From NCBI GenBank assembly GCA_963675755.2, contig CAXXMD010000002.1, positions 2,368,001 through 2,432,000 on the forward strand: DNA of 64,000 nucleotides, in the 5' to 3' direction. This DNA is from a bacterium. Lineage in GTDB: Bacteria; Zhuqueibacterota; Zhuqueibacteria; Residuimicrobiales; Krinioviventaceae. The notes beneath the pieces were generated by a model. It made no database searches, was not told the DNA's origin, and worked only from the letters and a program-made list of their open reading frames with translations. This document shows, piece by piece, positions 10,889 to 21,466 of the stretch. Both the position numbers and the translations under genes were made by a program. Positions within the stretch are counted from its first letter, which is position 1. Every line of letters starts with the position of its first letter.

Positions 10889-10912
10889 TACACTAAATCT
10901 CCAGGTTTCAAA

Positions 10913-12580
10913 TTATCCTTCTAAAACGATCTTGAACGGTTGCTCAATTGCTTCAGCCAGCCAGCGTATAAACCGGGCTCCGTCAGCGCCATCAATCAAA
11001 CGATGATCATAAGACAGAGACAACGGCAGCATCAAGCGCGGTACAAACTCACCATCCTTGTAAACAGGTTCATAGCTACCACGTGAAACGCCCAAAATGG
11101 CAACCTCGGGTGCATTTACAATAGGTGTAAACGCAGTACCACCAATGCCGCCCAGATTCGAGATTGTGAAATTACCACCCTGCATTTCATCGAGCGATAA
11201 TTTCCCATCTCTTGCCTTGACTGCAATTTCTGTCAATTCGACTGAAAGATCAACGATATTCTTTTTATCAACATCGCGAATTACCGGAACTAAAAGTCCA
11301 CGATCCGTATCCACAGCCACGCCAAGATTGATGTATTTTTTGTAAACAACCTGTTTATTTGCCATATCTACACTGGCATTAAACTGCGGGAACACTTTGA
11401 GTGCAGATGCACAAATTTTTAATAGAATAGCAGTCATGGTCAATTTGCCACCGGCAGCTTCTGCTTTTTTTCCAAATTGCTTGCGCAAAGCTTCAAGTTC
11501 GGTAATATCGGCTTTATCAAACTGGGTTACATGTGGTATTGTTGCCCAGGCCGAACTAAGGTGCTCTGCGGTTTTTTGTCTTACTTTGGACATGGCCTGA
11601 CGATCAACCTCGCCCCATTTACTGAAATCTGGTAAAGGAGGTGCAGCAATAGTACCACTGGGGGCAGCAACTCCACCCTCACGGTATTTCTGATGCAGGG
11701 CTTTTGAATGTGCCTTGACATCTTCAACAGATATCCGTCCGCCTTGTCCTGAACCTTTTACCTCATTGATATTCACACCAATTTCACGTGCAAAACGACG
11801 TACAGAGGGTGCGGCAGGAGCAGGAACACCTGAAGCCGATGGTGAAAATTCCGGAGTCAGTGATTCAGCTGATTTTGCTTCAACCGGAGCGGGTGCAGGC
11901 GCCGGGGCTGCTTTGGTTTCCGCTTTGGATTCTGATGCAGGCGCCGCTTTTGCTTTTGCAGGAGCAGCAGCAGGTGCGGGCGCTCCCGTTGACGAAACTA
12001 CTAGCAATGCTTGTCCAATTTTCACTTCATCACCGGCTTTAACATTTACAGAAGTAACTTTACCGCTGGCATCTGCGGGAACTTCAACAACAGCCTTGTC
12101 GGTTTCCAACTCTACAATCGGTTGTTCATTTTCAATCTCATCACCCACGGCAACCAATACATTAGCTATTGTTCCCGAGGTAATACCTTCTCCCAGGTCC
12201 GGCACTTTGATCTCTACATCACTTGCAGGACCACCAGCGGGTTTAGCTTCAATCTTTTTCTCTGCGGGTTTTTCCGGTTCAGGTGCTTTTTCCTTTTTTG
12301 GTGGGTCCGGTTTTTCTTCTTTTTCCACAGGTGCGGCATCTCCGGACAATTTTATAATGACCTGACCTACTTTGACTTCATCACCAGCTTTGGCAAGTAT
12401 GCTTTCAACAGTACCTGCAATTTCACTGGGCACCTCAACTACCGCCTTGTCCGTCTCCAATTCCAATACCGGCTGCTCAACCTCAACGGCATCACCAACT
12501 GAAACCAAAAAGTTGGCAACCGTACCTGATGCAATACCATCACCTAAATCAGGAATTTTAATTTCTAAAGACATTTTCAT
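10913..12580 (-). CDS. aceF: Dihydrolipoamide acetyltransferase (E2) with two lipoyl domains
   Basis: Two ETDKA lipoyl motifs, Ala/Pro-rich linkers, E3-binding domain (PSVRRFARE) and DHRLIDG catalytic motif. Confidence 0.93.
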   Translation of the reverse strand: MKMSLEIKIPDLGDGIASGTVANFLVSVGDAVEVEQPVLELETDKAVVEVPSEIAGTVESILAKAGDEVKVGQVIIKLSGDAAPVEKEEKPDPPKKEKAPEPEKPAEKKIEAKPAGGPASDVEIKVPDLGEGITSGTIANVLVAVGDEIENEQPIVELETDKAVVEVPADASGKVTSVNVKAGDEVKIGQALLVVSSTGAPAPAAAPAKAKAAPASESKAETKAAPAPAPAPVEAKSAESLTPEFSPSASGVPAPAAPSVRRFAREIGVNINEVKGSGQGGRISVEDVKAHSKALHQKYREGGVAAPSGTIAAPPLPDFSKWGEVDRQAMSKVRQKTAEHLSSAWATIPHVTQFDKADITELEALRKQFGKKAEAAGGKLTMTAILLKICASALKVFPQFNASVDMANKQVVYKKYINLGVAVDTDRGLLVPVIRDVDKKNIVDLSVELTEIAVKARDGKLSLDEMQGGNFTISNLGGIGGTAFTPIVNAPEVAILGVSRGSYEPVYKDGEFVPRLMLPLSLSYDHRLIDGADGARFIRWLAEAIEQPFKIVLEG

Positions 12581-12622
12581 TTCCTTATATTTTTTACCCG
12601 TTAATCTTTTACCTGCGCAAAC

Positions 12623-15307
12623 CTAGCTGATCATTGGATCTGCTTTATCCGGTTTAATATTCAGGTCTTTAATAGCAGATTTCAGGGTATCCAGTTTTAT
12701 TTTTCCCTCTTTGAACAACATGTATAATGCAGCAAATGCGATATAATTTTCATCCACTTCAAAAAACTCGCGCAAGTGTCGGCGACCATCACTGCGGCCA
12801 AATCCATCAGTTCCAAGTGTCAGCATGGAAGCAGGTATCCATTTGGATACAGATTCAGGAATCGCACGCACATAATCGGTTGCAGCGACTACTGGCCCTT
12901 CAACACCTTCAAATGCCTGGGTGATAAAAGGTACCTTGGCCTTTTTATCAGGATGAAGCATATTCCAACGGTCAACAGAAATAGCATCCTTGTGCAATTC
13001 TTTATAACTGGTAACACTCCAAATATCAGAAGCGATTTTATATTTCTTGGCCAGAATTTCCTGCGCCTGAATGGTTTTGGTCAAAATGGTTCCACTACCC
13101 ATCAGTTGAACAGTTGCTTTTGCATCTTTGGGTTTTTTGGAATTAAATTTATAAATACCTTTAATAATGCCTTCTTTGACATTTTTGCCTTTTGGCATTG
13201 CAGGTTGGACATAATTTTCATTCATAACGGTAATATAATAAAATCCGGGTTCCTGTTTTTCGTACATGTGCTTGATTCCATCACGAATAATGACGGCAAG
13301 CTCGTAAGCAAACGCAGGATCATAAGCGCGAATAGTAGGATACGGATATACCAAAAGATGACTGTTTCCATCCTGGTGCTGTAATCCTTCACCGGCAAGG
13401 GTTGTTCGCCCTGCGGTACCACCTACCAAAAATCCTCTTACACGCATATCAGCGGCCAGCCAAACAAGATCACCAATTCGCTGAATGCCAAACATGGAGT
13501 AAAAAATATAAAATGGTATCGTATTGATATTATGGGTTGAATACGCTGAACCCGCAGCAACAAAAGATGCCATAGAACCGGATTCGGTAATACCTTCTTC
13601 AAGAATCTGGCCGTTTTTGGCTTCTTTATAATACAACAAGCTTTCACGATCCACTGGCTCATACAATTGTCCCTGATGCGCATAAATACCAATCTGGCGG
13701 AACAATGCTTCCATACCAAAGGTACGGGCTTCATCCGGCACAATGGGTACTACAAGATTGCCAATGGTTTTATCTCTCAGCAATTTATTCAATACACGTA
13801 CAAAAACCATGGTTGTAGAGACTTCACGGTCATCTGTGCCCTGGTAAAATTCTTCAAAAACAGATTCAGCAGGCGTTTTAACCGTTTCGCTCTGTTGTCT
13901 GCGCTGAGGTACAAATCCATTCAACTGTTCTCTACGCTCAAGTAAATATTTCATATCCGGGCTATTTTCATCAGGACGATAGAATGGCAAAGTATCAATT
14001 TCTTCATCAGAAATCTGGATGCCAAAGCGAGAACGGAAATGACGCAGTTCCTGCTCATTCAGTTTCTTTTGCGAGTGGGTAATATTCTTTCCTTCACCGG
14101 CTTCACCCAAACCATATCCCTTGATTGTACGGGCAAGGATTACTGTGGGGGCTCCGGTATGCTCGGTTGCAGCCTTGTATGCAGCATAAACCTTACTTGG
14201 ATCATGACCACCCAGTCGCATTTTTTCAAGCTGTTCGTCAGACAAATGTTCAACCATCTTTAACAACTGTGGGTATTTTCCATAAAAATGTTCACGGATA
14301 TAGGCTCCGCCGCGAACAGCGTAATTCTGGTAATCACCATCAACAACTTCATCCATACGTTTTTGCAGCCAGCCTTCATCATCTTTTTCGAGTAAAGCAT
14401 CCCAATCGCTGCCCCAAATCACCTTGATGACATTCCAGCCAGCTCCACGAAAGACCTGTTCAAGCTCTTGTATGATCTTGCCGTTACCACGGACAGGGCC
14501 GTCAAGACGTTGCAAATTACAATTGATCACAAAAATAAGATTATCCAGTTTTTCACGTACTGCCAAAGAAATTGCGCCAAGGGTTTCGGGTTCGTCTGTT
14601 TCACCATCTCCTAAAAAAGCCCAAACTTTTTCACCGGTAGAGGTTTTCAAACCACGATCTTCAAGATAGCGGTTAAAACGGGCCTGGTAAATTGCAGTAA
14701 TGGGTCCCAATCCCATAGAAACGGTTGGAAACTGCCAGAAATCGGACTTTAACCAGGGATGCGGATACGATGGCAGTCCACCGCCTTCATGCACTTCATG
14801 TCTAAAGTTCTTCAAATCTTCAACTGAAAGCCGGCCTTCAAGAAAAGCACGCGAATAAATTCCCGGTGATGCATGGCCCTGGAAATAGATCTGATCTCCA
14901 CTAAAATCCTCTTTGGGTGCACGGAAAAAGTGGTTAAATCCTACTTCGTACAGGGTAGCTGCAGATGCATAAGTTGATATATGCCCGCCAATACCGTTTT
15001 CAATCCGGTTGGCCCGAACAACCATAGCCATGGCATTCCAGCGAATCATACTCTTGATTCGGCGTTCAATTTCCCGGCTGCCGGGATAAGGAGGCTGTTC
15101 CTGAACAGATATAGTATTAATATAGGGAGTATTTGCAGTAAATGGCAGTTTAACACCTGCCTGGTAAGCACGCTGCTGTAATTCATGTAATATTTTTTTA
15201 ACCCGCTCCGGGCCGCCTTCCTGAATCACATAATCCAGCGATTCAAGCCATTCTAATAATTCAACATCAGTCACATTGTCTAAATTTGGAATATCTTTGT
15301 CACTCAT
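12623..15307 (-). CDS. aceE: Pyruvate dehydrogenase E1, homodimeric type
   Basis: 894 aa; GGHISTYAS, PTVSMGLG, GDGE.DEPE TPP motif, GRTTLAGEGLQHQDG. Confidence 0.95.
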   Translation of the reverse strand: MSDKDIPNLDNVTDVELLEWLESLDYVIQEGGPERVKKILHELQQRAYQAGVKLPFTANTPYINTISVQEQPPYPGSREIERRIKSMIRWNAMAMVVRANRIENGIGGHISTYASAATLYEVGFNHFFRAPKEDFSGDQIYFQGHASPGIYSRAFLEGRLSVEDLKNFRHEVHEGGGLPSYPHPWLKSDFWQFPTVSMGLGPITAIYQARFNRYLEDRGLKTSTGEKVWAFLGDGETDEPETLGAISLAVREKLDNLIFVINCNLQRLDGPVRGNGKIIQELEQVFRGAGWNVIKVIWGSDWDALLEKDDEGWLQKRMDEVVDGDYQNYAVRGGAYIREHFYGKYPQLLKMVEHLSDEQLEKMRLGGHDPSKVYAAYKAATEHTGAPTVILARTIKGYGLGEAGEGKNITHSQKKLNEQELRHFRSRFGIQISDEEIDTLPFYRPDENSPDMKYLLERREQLNGFVPQRRQQSETVKTPAESVFEEFYQGTDDREVSTTMVFVRVLNKLLRDKTIGNLVVPIVPDEARTFGMEALFRQIGIYAHQGQLYEPVDRESLLYYKEAKNGQILEEGITESGSMASFVAAGSAYSTHNINTIPFYIFYSMFGIQRIGDLVWLAADMRVRGFLVGGTAGRTTLAGEGLQHQDGNSHLLVYPYPTIRAYDPAFAYELAVIIRDGIKHMYEKQEPGFYYITVMNENYVQPAMPKGKNVKEGIIKGIYKFNSKKPKDAKATVQLMGSGTILTKTIQAQEILAKKYKIASDIWSVTSYKELHKDAISVDRWNMLHPDKKAKVPFITQAFEGVEGPVVAATDYVRAIPESVSKWIPASMLTLGTDGFGRSDGRRHLREFFEVDENYIAFAALYMLFKEGKIKLDTLKSAIKDLNIKPDKADPMIS

Positions 15308-15520
15308 TCTGAATTTTCCTTTATTCTAGCAATTTATTATTCTTTCACAGCCTATAACGGCACACTATTTTCTTATATTCCAGTTTCCCCCGGACATATT
15401 GTTATGCAGAGATTTACAAGATAACTCTAGCGGTAAAAATAGAACAGATTTAAAATCCGTTTCATTTCTTTTTTATTAATAGGATGTCAATCAGGGGAAA
15501 AAGATTCCAAATAACATCCT

Positions 15521-16459
15521 TTATTTATATAAATTTACACCATTTTTCAAGGCTGTTTGGCGTAAATATGAATAAGCCTCTCTATATTCTGTTTCAGAGG
15601 CAAGATGTTCTATCATCAGCGGGGCATCCAGCTTGCTCAGGTTTTTCAAAAACACGCCATAATCTAAATACCCCTTGCCGGGCAGAATTTCGTCCAAATG
15701 TGTAGACAAGCTGTTGTCTTGAAGAACAATATCTTTGGCATGACAGCTTTTAATATACGGCCCCAGCTTTTCAAAACATTCATTAATTAACGCAGCATTG
15801 TTAAAATATCGTTGCGGAGAATTTACAATATTTACAGGATCCAAATGCACTGCAAACCGGTCCCGGTCTATGGCTTTGATCAACTGCAAATAAGAATCAG
15901 GAGAATCCGGATACAACCAGGGCATCATTTCCAGAGTAAAAAAAGTGCGTTTTGGCTTTACAGTGTCAATGATTTTGCGGTATGTTTCAACAATAAGATC
16001 AAAGGTATCATCCGTCAGGTTCTCAGGATGAATTCCATACCACAATGATTCACTTTTTGATCCTGAAACATTCACACAGCAACGTGCACCAATGCGGTCT
16101 GCAAGAGCCAGACTGCCAACACATTTTTCAAAAGCTTTTTTACGCTCATCATCATTGGGACTCAGTGGATTGCTCCACGCGCCAACCTCAGCAATCACGA
16201 TATCTGATCTCTGTGCGGCTTTTTCGTATGCGATCACTTCATCATCCGCGCTGCCTATCGAAAGCGGACAATAAGAGGCAGTGTATCCCATATCCTTAAC
16301 CGATGCAACCCAGCTTTCGGGATCAGTCCACTTTTTGTATATATTGCCACCAATACGAACGCCTGCTTGCTGCGCTGGGTACAGCTTTGGTGACATCGGT
16401 AAAGATGCCAGCAGCGGAACAGCCACAGTTTTTGTTAGAAAAGATCGTCTGTTCATCAT
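15521..16459 (-). CDS. Tat-exported sugar phosphate isomerase/epimerase (TIM barrel)
   Basis: NRRSFL motif; LE, HLDPVN, HAKD and IEH ligands; start overlaps the topA stop. Confidence 0.8.
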   Translation of the reverse strand: MMNRRSFLTKTVAVPLLASLPMSPKLYPAQQAGVRIGGNIYKKWTDPESWVASVKDMGYTASYCPLSIGSADDEVIAYEKAAQRSDIVIAEVGAWSNPLSPNDDERKKAFEKCVGSLALADRIGARCCVNVSGSKSESLWYGIHPENLTDDTFDLIVETYRKIIDTVKPKRTFFTLEMMPWLYPDSPDSYLQLIKAIDRDRFAVHLDPVNIVNSPQRYFNNAALINECFEKLGPYIKSCHAKDIVLQDNSLSTHLDEILPGKGYLDYGVFLKNLSKLDAPLMIEHLASETEYREAYSYLRQTALKNGVNLYK

Positions 16460-19092
16460 GATTTTGCTTTAGTTTTTGTTTTCTTTTTGGTTGTTTTTTT
16501 CTTGGTTTCCCATTCCCATTTATTGTTTTTGTATAAAGCTTCCCAACCGGTTTTCTTGCCGTCTACTTCGGTCATGAGATATTGTATTTTTTCTTTACGT
16601 TTAAAACGAATTTGTGCCGGAACACCATCCGGATCGGTTGCTGGTGCATCCGCAAGATAATAAAATTTCGGGTCCAGTTCTTCCCGGTGCCTTGCCAGAT
16701 CTTCAACTAATGGGCTGCGGGTTTCCCGGGATTTGGGAAAAGTATGTGCCGCCAGAAACAAGCCCGAGGCTCCATCACGAAGTAAAAAATACGCATCCGA
16801 TTTTTCACATTTCAGTTCGGGCATGGGTACAGGTTCCGCCTTGGGTGGCGCGGCCTCACCGTTGCGCAAAAGTTTTCGGGTATTGCTGCATTCAGGGTAT
16901 TTGGTACAGGCAAAAAATTTACCAAACCGTCCCGTTTTTAATACCATATCGCTGCCGCATTTATCACACTCTAACACCGGTCCTTCATATCCTTTGATAC
17001 GGAACTCGCCACTTTCAATTTCCGTACCGCTGCAATCCGGATTATTGCCGCAGACATGCAAACGTCGTTTTTCGTCAACCAGATAAGCATCCATAGCCGT
17101 ATTGCATACAGGACAACGACGTTTATTCATTAATGCCATGGTTTCTTCATCAATATCGGCATTCTTGCTGACAGCTTCTGATTCTTCACCGGGAATCAGG
17201 TTAATGGTCTGCATGCAGCGTTCCTTAGGAGGCAGATCATAGCCCGTACAGCTAAGAAAAACACCGGTTTGCCCATTTCGTATCATCATGGGTTTTCCGC
17301 ATTCAGGACAGGTAATGCCCTCAACAACAACCGGTACATTGTCTCGCATACCGGTTTCTCCGGTTCGGAGCTGATTCTCAAAATCATGGAAAAATTCATC
17401 CAATAGATTTTTCCACTCTTGATCACCTTGCGATACTTTATCCAGATCGGTTTCCATGTTGGCGGTAAAATCATAATCCATCAAGTCGATAAAATTCTCC
17501 ATCAACCGGTCTGTAACAATATCACCAATCTTTAACGCATAAAATCGTCTTTTTTCAAGTTTCACATATCCACGGTCCTGTATAGTAGAAATAATTGACG
17601 CATAGGTAGAAGGGCGGCCAATCCCTCGTTTTTCAAGTTCTTTTACCAGGCTGGCCTCAGTATATCTTGGGGGTGGCTTGGTAAAATGCTGACTGGGATC
17701 CAGCTTTAATAATTTCAATATATCTCCGACTTTTACTTCCGGCAAGACGGCATCATCGGTATCTCTTGAGGGCATAATCTTGAGCCAACCATCAAACCGC
17801 ATGGTGCGACCAGTTGCACGCAGATCAAAATCACCCGCTTTAATATTAATGGTTGTACTGTCAAATTCTGCAGGCGGCATCTGGCAAGCTACAAACCGGC
17901 GCCAGATCAAATCATACAATCTCAACTGATCACGTTCAAGACGTATCATGCGTTCAGGGGTTTTGTTTACATCTGTGGGGCGGATAGCTTCATGCGCCTC
18001 TTGCGCTGAAGCTTTACTTGCATAAAAATTGGGTTTCTCTGGCAGATATTTTTCACCAAAATTGGTTTTAATAAACTCACGGCATCCCATAATAGAGCCC
18101 ATACTGAGATTTGTCGAATCAGTACGCATATACGTAATATGTCCGGCCTCATACAACCGCTGAGCCATCATCATGGTCTTTTTAACACTGAATCCCAACT
18201 GGGTGCTTGCAGCAGCTTGTAACGATGTGGTAATAAAAGGTGCATAGGGACGCTGCCGGGTAGGTTTAAGCTTGGCTTCATCAACACGGTATTCGGCCTC
18301 AGTCAGCAATGCCAAAGCTTCAAACGTTTCCTCTTCATTCACAGGCTTAAAGGTCTTGTTTTTATATTTCAAAACCTTGGCTTTAAAAGGAGGCTCTCCA
18401 TCAAGGTGAGCAAAGACTTCCCAAAACTCTTCGGGCACAAAAGCGCGTATCTCACGTTCACGTTCAACAATCAATCTGACTGCTACTGACTGCACCCGTC
18501 CTGCCGACAAACCACGCGCAACCTTTTTCCACAACAGGGGTGACACCATAAAGCCTACAACACGGTCCAGAAAACGTCTGGCCTGTTGAGCATTTACCCG
18601 GTTCATATCCAGTTCACCGGGTTCACTGAATGCTTTTTGGATTGCGTTTTTGGTTATCTCGCTAAAGGTAACCCTCTTATAACGTTTATCATCACCGCCA
18701 ATAGATTCCCGCAAATGCCACGCAATAGCCTCCCCTTCACGGTCAAGGTCAGTTGCCAGATAAATTTCATTAGACTCGCCGGCAAGCTTTTTCAACTGTC
18801 GTACAACTTTTTCTTTACCGGGTATAATCTCGTAACGTGCTTTCCATCCATTATAGGGATCAATGGCCATAGTACGCACCAGATTTTCTCTTGATCGATT
18901 TTTCTTAAATTCCGCTTTTTCCTGGTCAGAAAGGCCCTTGGGCATCCGATTAACGGTTGCTTTTCCACTGCTTCGTACCGGCAAATCGCGCACATGACCA
19001 ATACTGGAGACCACTATATATTCATCACCCAAATATTTATTAATCGTCTTGGCTTTGGCCGGAGATTCTACAATAACTAACGCTTTTTTCAT
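16456..19092 (-). CDS. topA: DNA topoisomerase I
   Basis: [22 protein letters not shown] (TOPRIM), SAGRVQS, catalytic ITYMRTD, three C4 zinc ribbons plus an E. coli-like C-terminal domain. Confidence 0.97.
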   Translation of the reverse strand: MKKALVIVESPAKAKTINKYLGDEYIVVSSIGHVRDLPVRSSGKATVNRMPKGLSDQEKAEFKKNRSRENLVRTMAIDPYNGWKARYEIIPGKEKVVRQLKKLAGESNEIYLATDLDREGEAIAWHLRESIGGDDKRYKRVTFSEITKNAIQKAFSEPGELDMNRVNAQQARRFLDRVVGFMVSPLLWKKVARGLSAGRVQSVAVRLIVEREREIRAFVPEEFWEVFAHLDGEPPFKAKVLKYKNKTFKPVNEEETFEALALLTEAEYRVDEAKLKPTRQRPYAPFITTSLQAAASTQLGFSVKKTMMMAQRLYEAGHITYMRTDSTNLSMGSIMGCREFIKTNFGEKYLPEKPNFYASKASAQEAHEAIRPTDVNKTPERMIRLERDQLRLYDLIWRRFVACQMPPAEFDSTTINIKAGDFDLRATGRTMRFDGWLKIMPSRDTDDAVLPEVKVGDILKLLKLDPSQHFTKPPPRYTEASLVKELEKRGIGRPSTYASIISTIQDRGYVKLEKRRFYALKIGDIVTDRLMENFIDLMDYDFTANMETDLDKVSQGDQEWKNLLDEFFHDFENQLRTGETGMRDNVPVVVEGITCPECGKPMMIRNGQTGVFLSCTGYDLPPKERCMQTINLIPGEESEAVSKNADIDEETMALMNKRRCPVCNTAMDAYLVDEKRRLHVCGNNPDCSGTEIESGEFRIKGYEGPVLECDKCGSDMVLKTGRFGKFFACTKYPECSNTRKLLRNGEAAPPKAEPVPMPELKCEKSDAYFLLRDGASGLFLAAHTFPKSRETRSPLVEDLARHREELDPKFYYLADAPATDPDGVPAQIRFKRKEKIQYLMTEVDGKKTGWEALYKNNKWEWETKKKTTKKKTKTKAKS

Positions 19093-19131
19093 GAGTATCC
19101 GTAATAATAAATAGTAAAATTGAATTTGATA

Positions 19132-19160
19132 AAAATAACATCCTGCGGCAACGAATGCAA
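19132..19160 (-). promoter_or_regulatory. Putative sigma-70 promoter of topA
   Basis: TTGCAT-N17-TATTTT with a TG extension, about 40 nt upstream of the start. Confidence 0.5.
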
Positions 19161-19203
19161 GTTATATCTTGAATAAGGAGAGAAATTTCTGGTAGAAATG
19201 AGA

Positions 19204-19575
19204 TTAGGCCAATACTTGTTCCATTGCATTAAACAAACGTTCATCTACAATGGGTTTTACAAGAAAAATGGATTCGGAATCTTGTTCAAGCCTGTCTAAT
19301 GTACGCTTGTCTGAATTACCGGTAAGGTATATTATTGGAATTGAAAATTCCTTACGGATGTTTGTGGCCGTTTCAATTCCATCCATGTCCCCTCGTAAGC
19401 CAATATCCATAATAACAATATCTGGCCCATATTCTTTGACACTCTTTAAACAATCTTTACCTGAATTTACAACAGCAACAACATTGTATCCTTTTTCATT
19501 CAGCTTTAATTCAGTATCCAAAGCAATAATTGCATCGTCTTCGGCAATAATTACCCTAGCTTTATCGTTGTTCAT
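19204..19575 (-). CDS. Single-domain response regulator (REC)
   Basis: IIAEDD, MDI (phosphoacceptor Asp), LTG, KP. Confidence 0.9.
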   Translation of the reverse strand: MNNDKARVIIAEDDAIIALDTELKLNEKGYNVVAVVNSGKDCLKSVKEYGPDIVIMDIGLRGDMDGIETATNIRKEFSIPIIYLTGNSDKRTLDRLEQDSESIFLVKPIVDERLFNAMEQVLA

Positions 19576-19716
19576 CGATCACTCCGTATTATTTCTATCT
19601 TAAAACTTAAAAGTACAGATGTCTATTCCATAAAAAATCAACAAAAAACATCATATTCAAGCTTACATGACATCGAAATAGGAATTTCCTTACAACAAAA
19701 TACGTAATTTTCCCTA

Positions 19717-19745
19717 TTTCATTTTTGAAATCAGTGTGTTATATT
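19717..19745 (+). promoter_or_regulatory. Putative extended -10 promoter of the intergenic RNA
   Basis: TG-T-TATATT at 19737-19745 with a weak -35 (TTTCAT) 17 nt upstream. Predicted +1 is about 19751, the first base of the RNA's closing stem. Confidence 0.55.
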
Positions 19746-19750
19746 TAATC

Positions 19751-19915
19751 AGTTAGTTAACGCAAGCAGTAATGCTTATATGTCACCCCCGGTACTGGCG
19801 ACCCCCCTAAGCTGGTACTGAGACATCTTTTATGCGTTAACGACTTAATGCCAAGCGTCATCCCCGGTACCGGTGACCCCCCTAAATCGGTACTTAGACG
19901 GCTTGGCATTTTTTT
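19751..19915 (+). ncRNA. Putative novel structured small RNA with two C-rich-loop hairpins
   Basis: Closing stem AGTT(A)GTTAACGCA / TGCGTTAAC-GACT; AAGCA-GTAA-TGCTT GNRA hairpin; two 43-nt repeats with compensatory stem changes and identical loop GACCCCCCTAA; terminal stem AATGCCAAGC/GCTTGGCATT plus a T run. Confidence 0.75.
19782..19899 (+). repeat. Two 43-nt direct repeats (19782-19824 and 19857-19899)
   Basis: GTCACCCCCGGTACTGGCGACCCCCCTAAGCTGGTACTGAGAC versus GTCATCCCCGGTACCGGTGACCCCCCTAAATCGGTACTTAGAC: 36 of 43 positions identical by hand alignment. Confidence 0.95.
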
Positions 19916-19930
19916 ATTATATGCAATTTT

Positions 19931-21442
19931 TTAATAAATTGCCTCACCAATTTCAAGCACAATATCAATCCTACGATTTTTACGGCGACCATCTTCTGTT
20001 TCATTACTGGCTATCGGTTTACTTTTTCCATAACCAATGCTCTGTATTTGTTCAGAAGGCAAGCCCATATTGGCTATTAAATAAGATTTGACAGCATTTG
20101 ATCGCTGTTCGGAAAGTTTCTGGTTTGCGGCATCGTGCCCTCTCGAGTCGGTATGACCTTCAATAACAATAGGCGCATTGGGGAACTCTCGTATTGCTCG
20201 CTGTACCTTGGTCAGCAATCCAAAATAACCGGGCTCAATAACACTCTTACCTGATGCAAAATTCAAACCCACCAAACGAATAACAAGGTTGGTGCCTTCG
20301 CGTAGAACAACCGCTTCCTGAGGCGCGTACATATCTTCAATTCGTTTAATCTTGGCTTCCTGACGTTTCTTGGCTTCAAGTGTCTCTTTCAGGCCCGCTT
20401 CCTGTTGTTTGCTTACATCCAGTTCAGCGGTAAGCTTGCGATTTTTTGACATGCTTTCATCGAGCTCTTTGTTAACCCGTTCCAATTCTTTGCGCAATTC
20501 AATTTTATCATCAAGGGACGCAGCAATTGCCAGATGGAGCGATTCCATCGCCGGTTGCATACCATTGTCGTACTGTACATCCAGCTTCATGGTATTAGAA
20601 ACGGTTGAAAGATTGTCTTCAAGATCCAGAAATATCTTTTCCCAACTGTCTTCTTCTTTCCGGTTTTTTTGAATCAAATCCGAAAGAAAAATAGCATGAT
20701 TGGCTTCGTATTCCGCTTCTTCGGCTTTTTCTCTGGCTGTAGACTGGGCGCTGCGGTCGGTATTGAGAATATTCTCAGCCTCTTGCAGTAATACTTTGGC
20801 CCGGTTGTAGGTTCGGGGGGCATAACGATCTGCTTTGGTTTCTTTGGCCTTGTCCAGGAGTAAATGCACCTTGCCAATAATGCTGGCCTTGATAGCATTT
20901 AATTCAGCTTGACGATAACGATCTTCACCATCTTTGGCTTTTTTAATTGCGTTATTGATATCATTATCTTCAATCTCTTCCATTGCATCTTTAAAACTGC
21001 GTTCTGCCTGTTCGTACAATTCTAAAGAAAATTCAGGGGCATTGGCAATCAATGCATCATCACGCGCCTGAATTAAAAAAGGAAGCTGTTTTTTAGCTTC
21101 TTTGGCATTACCAATTGCTTTTGCAAGATACTCTTCAGCACGATTTAAATTCTTTTGGATGCTTTTCACATCCCTGCCACGCTCAAGATCCAGTTTGGCT
21201 TCATCAAAATGCCGTTGGGCCCGTTCAAAATCATTCGGTGACAATACATGAACCTGGAGTGATTGAGCATCTTCAAGGACGTGCTCAATGTCAACCAATT
21301 TTTGGTTCATTTGAGCCAATATACCCTGCTCACCAGCCTGCGCAAAAACAGAACCAGGAGCAGAAACCAGCACAATGAACATGATCAACATAAAATAATA
21401 AACAGGCAAGCTTTTGCTGCCATTTCTCAAGACTAAAGACAT
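19931..21442 (-). CDS. OmpA-family peptidoglycan-binding protein with long N-terminal helical/coiled-coil region
   Basis: Signal peptide; C-terminal IEGHTDS.G....N.KLSEQR and GRRKNRRIDI motifs. Confidence 0.88.
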   Translation of the reverse strand: MSLVLRNGSKSLPVYYFMLIMFIVLVSAPGSVFAQAGEQGILAQMNQKLVDIEHVLEDAQSLQVHVLSPNDFERAQRHFDEAKLDLERGRDVKSIQKNLNRAEEYLAKAIGNAKEAKKQLPFLIQARDDALIANAPEFSLELYEQAERSFKDAMEEIEDNDINNAIKKAKDGEDRYRQAELNAIKASIIGKVHLLLDKAKETKADRYAPRTYNRAKVLLQEAENILNTDRSAQSTAREKAEEAEYEANHAIFLSDLIQKNRKEEDSWEKIFLDLEDNLSTVSNTMKLDVQYDNGMQPAMESLHLAIAASLDDKIELRKELERVNKELDESMSKNRKLTAELDVSKQQEAGLKETLEAKKRQEAKIKRIEDMYAPQEAVVLREGTNLVIRLVGLNFASGKSVIEPGYFGLLTKVQRAIREFPNAPIVIEGHTDSRGHDAANQKLSEQRSNAVKSYLIANMGLPSEQIQSIGYGKSKPIASNETEDGRRKNRRIDIVLEIGEAIY

Positions 21443-21466
21443 AATACCTCCCCTCTCCTTCTTTTT

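Noticed and set aside
11715-12626. Long + strand ORFs (216, 163 and 84 aa)
   Set aside because: Antisense shadows of the Ala/Pro-rich aceF. The same applies to most other short overlapping ORFs in the track.
9470-15307. aceE-aceF-lpdA next to gltA as a novelty
   Set aside because: Ordinary central-metabolism cluster.
15358-15373. CGGCAC-ACTAT-TTTCT sigma-54-like motif
   Set aside because: Poor -12 element, and it points away from aceE with no credible downstream gene.
19782-19899. CRISPR array reading of the two 43-nt repeats with a 32-nt gap
   Set aside because: There are only two copies, they diverge by compensatory changes, the gap base-pairs with flanking sequence, and no cas genes are in the window.
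19873-20091. 72-aa + strand ORF
   Set aside because: It runs through the RNA terminator and antisense into the OmpA gene, with no protein-like features.
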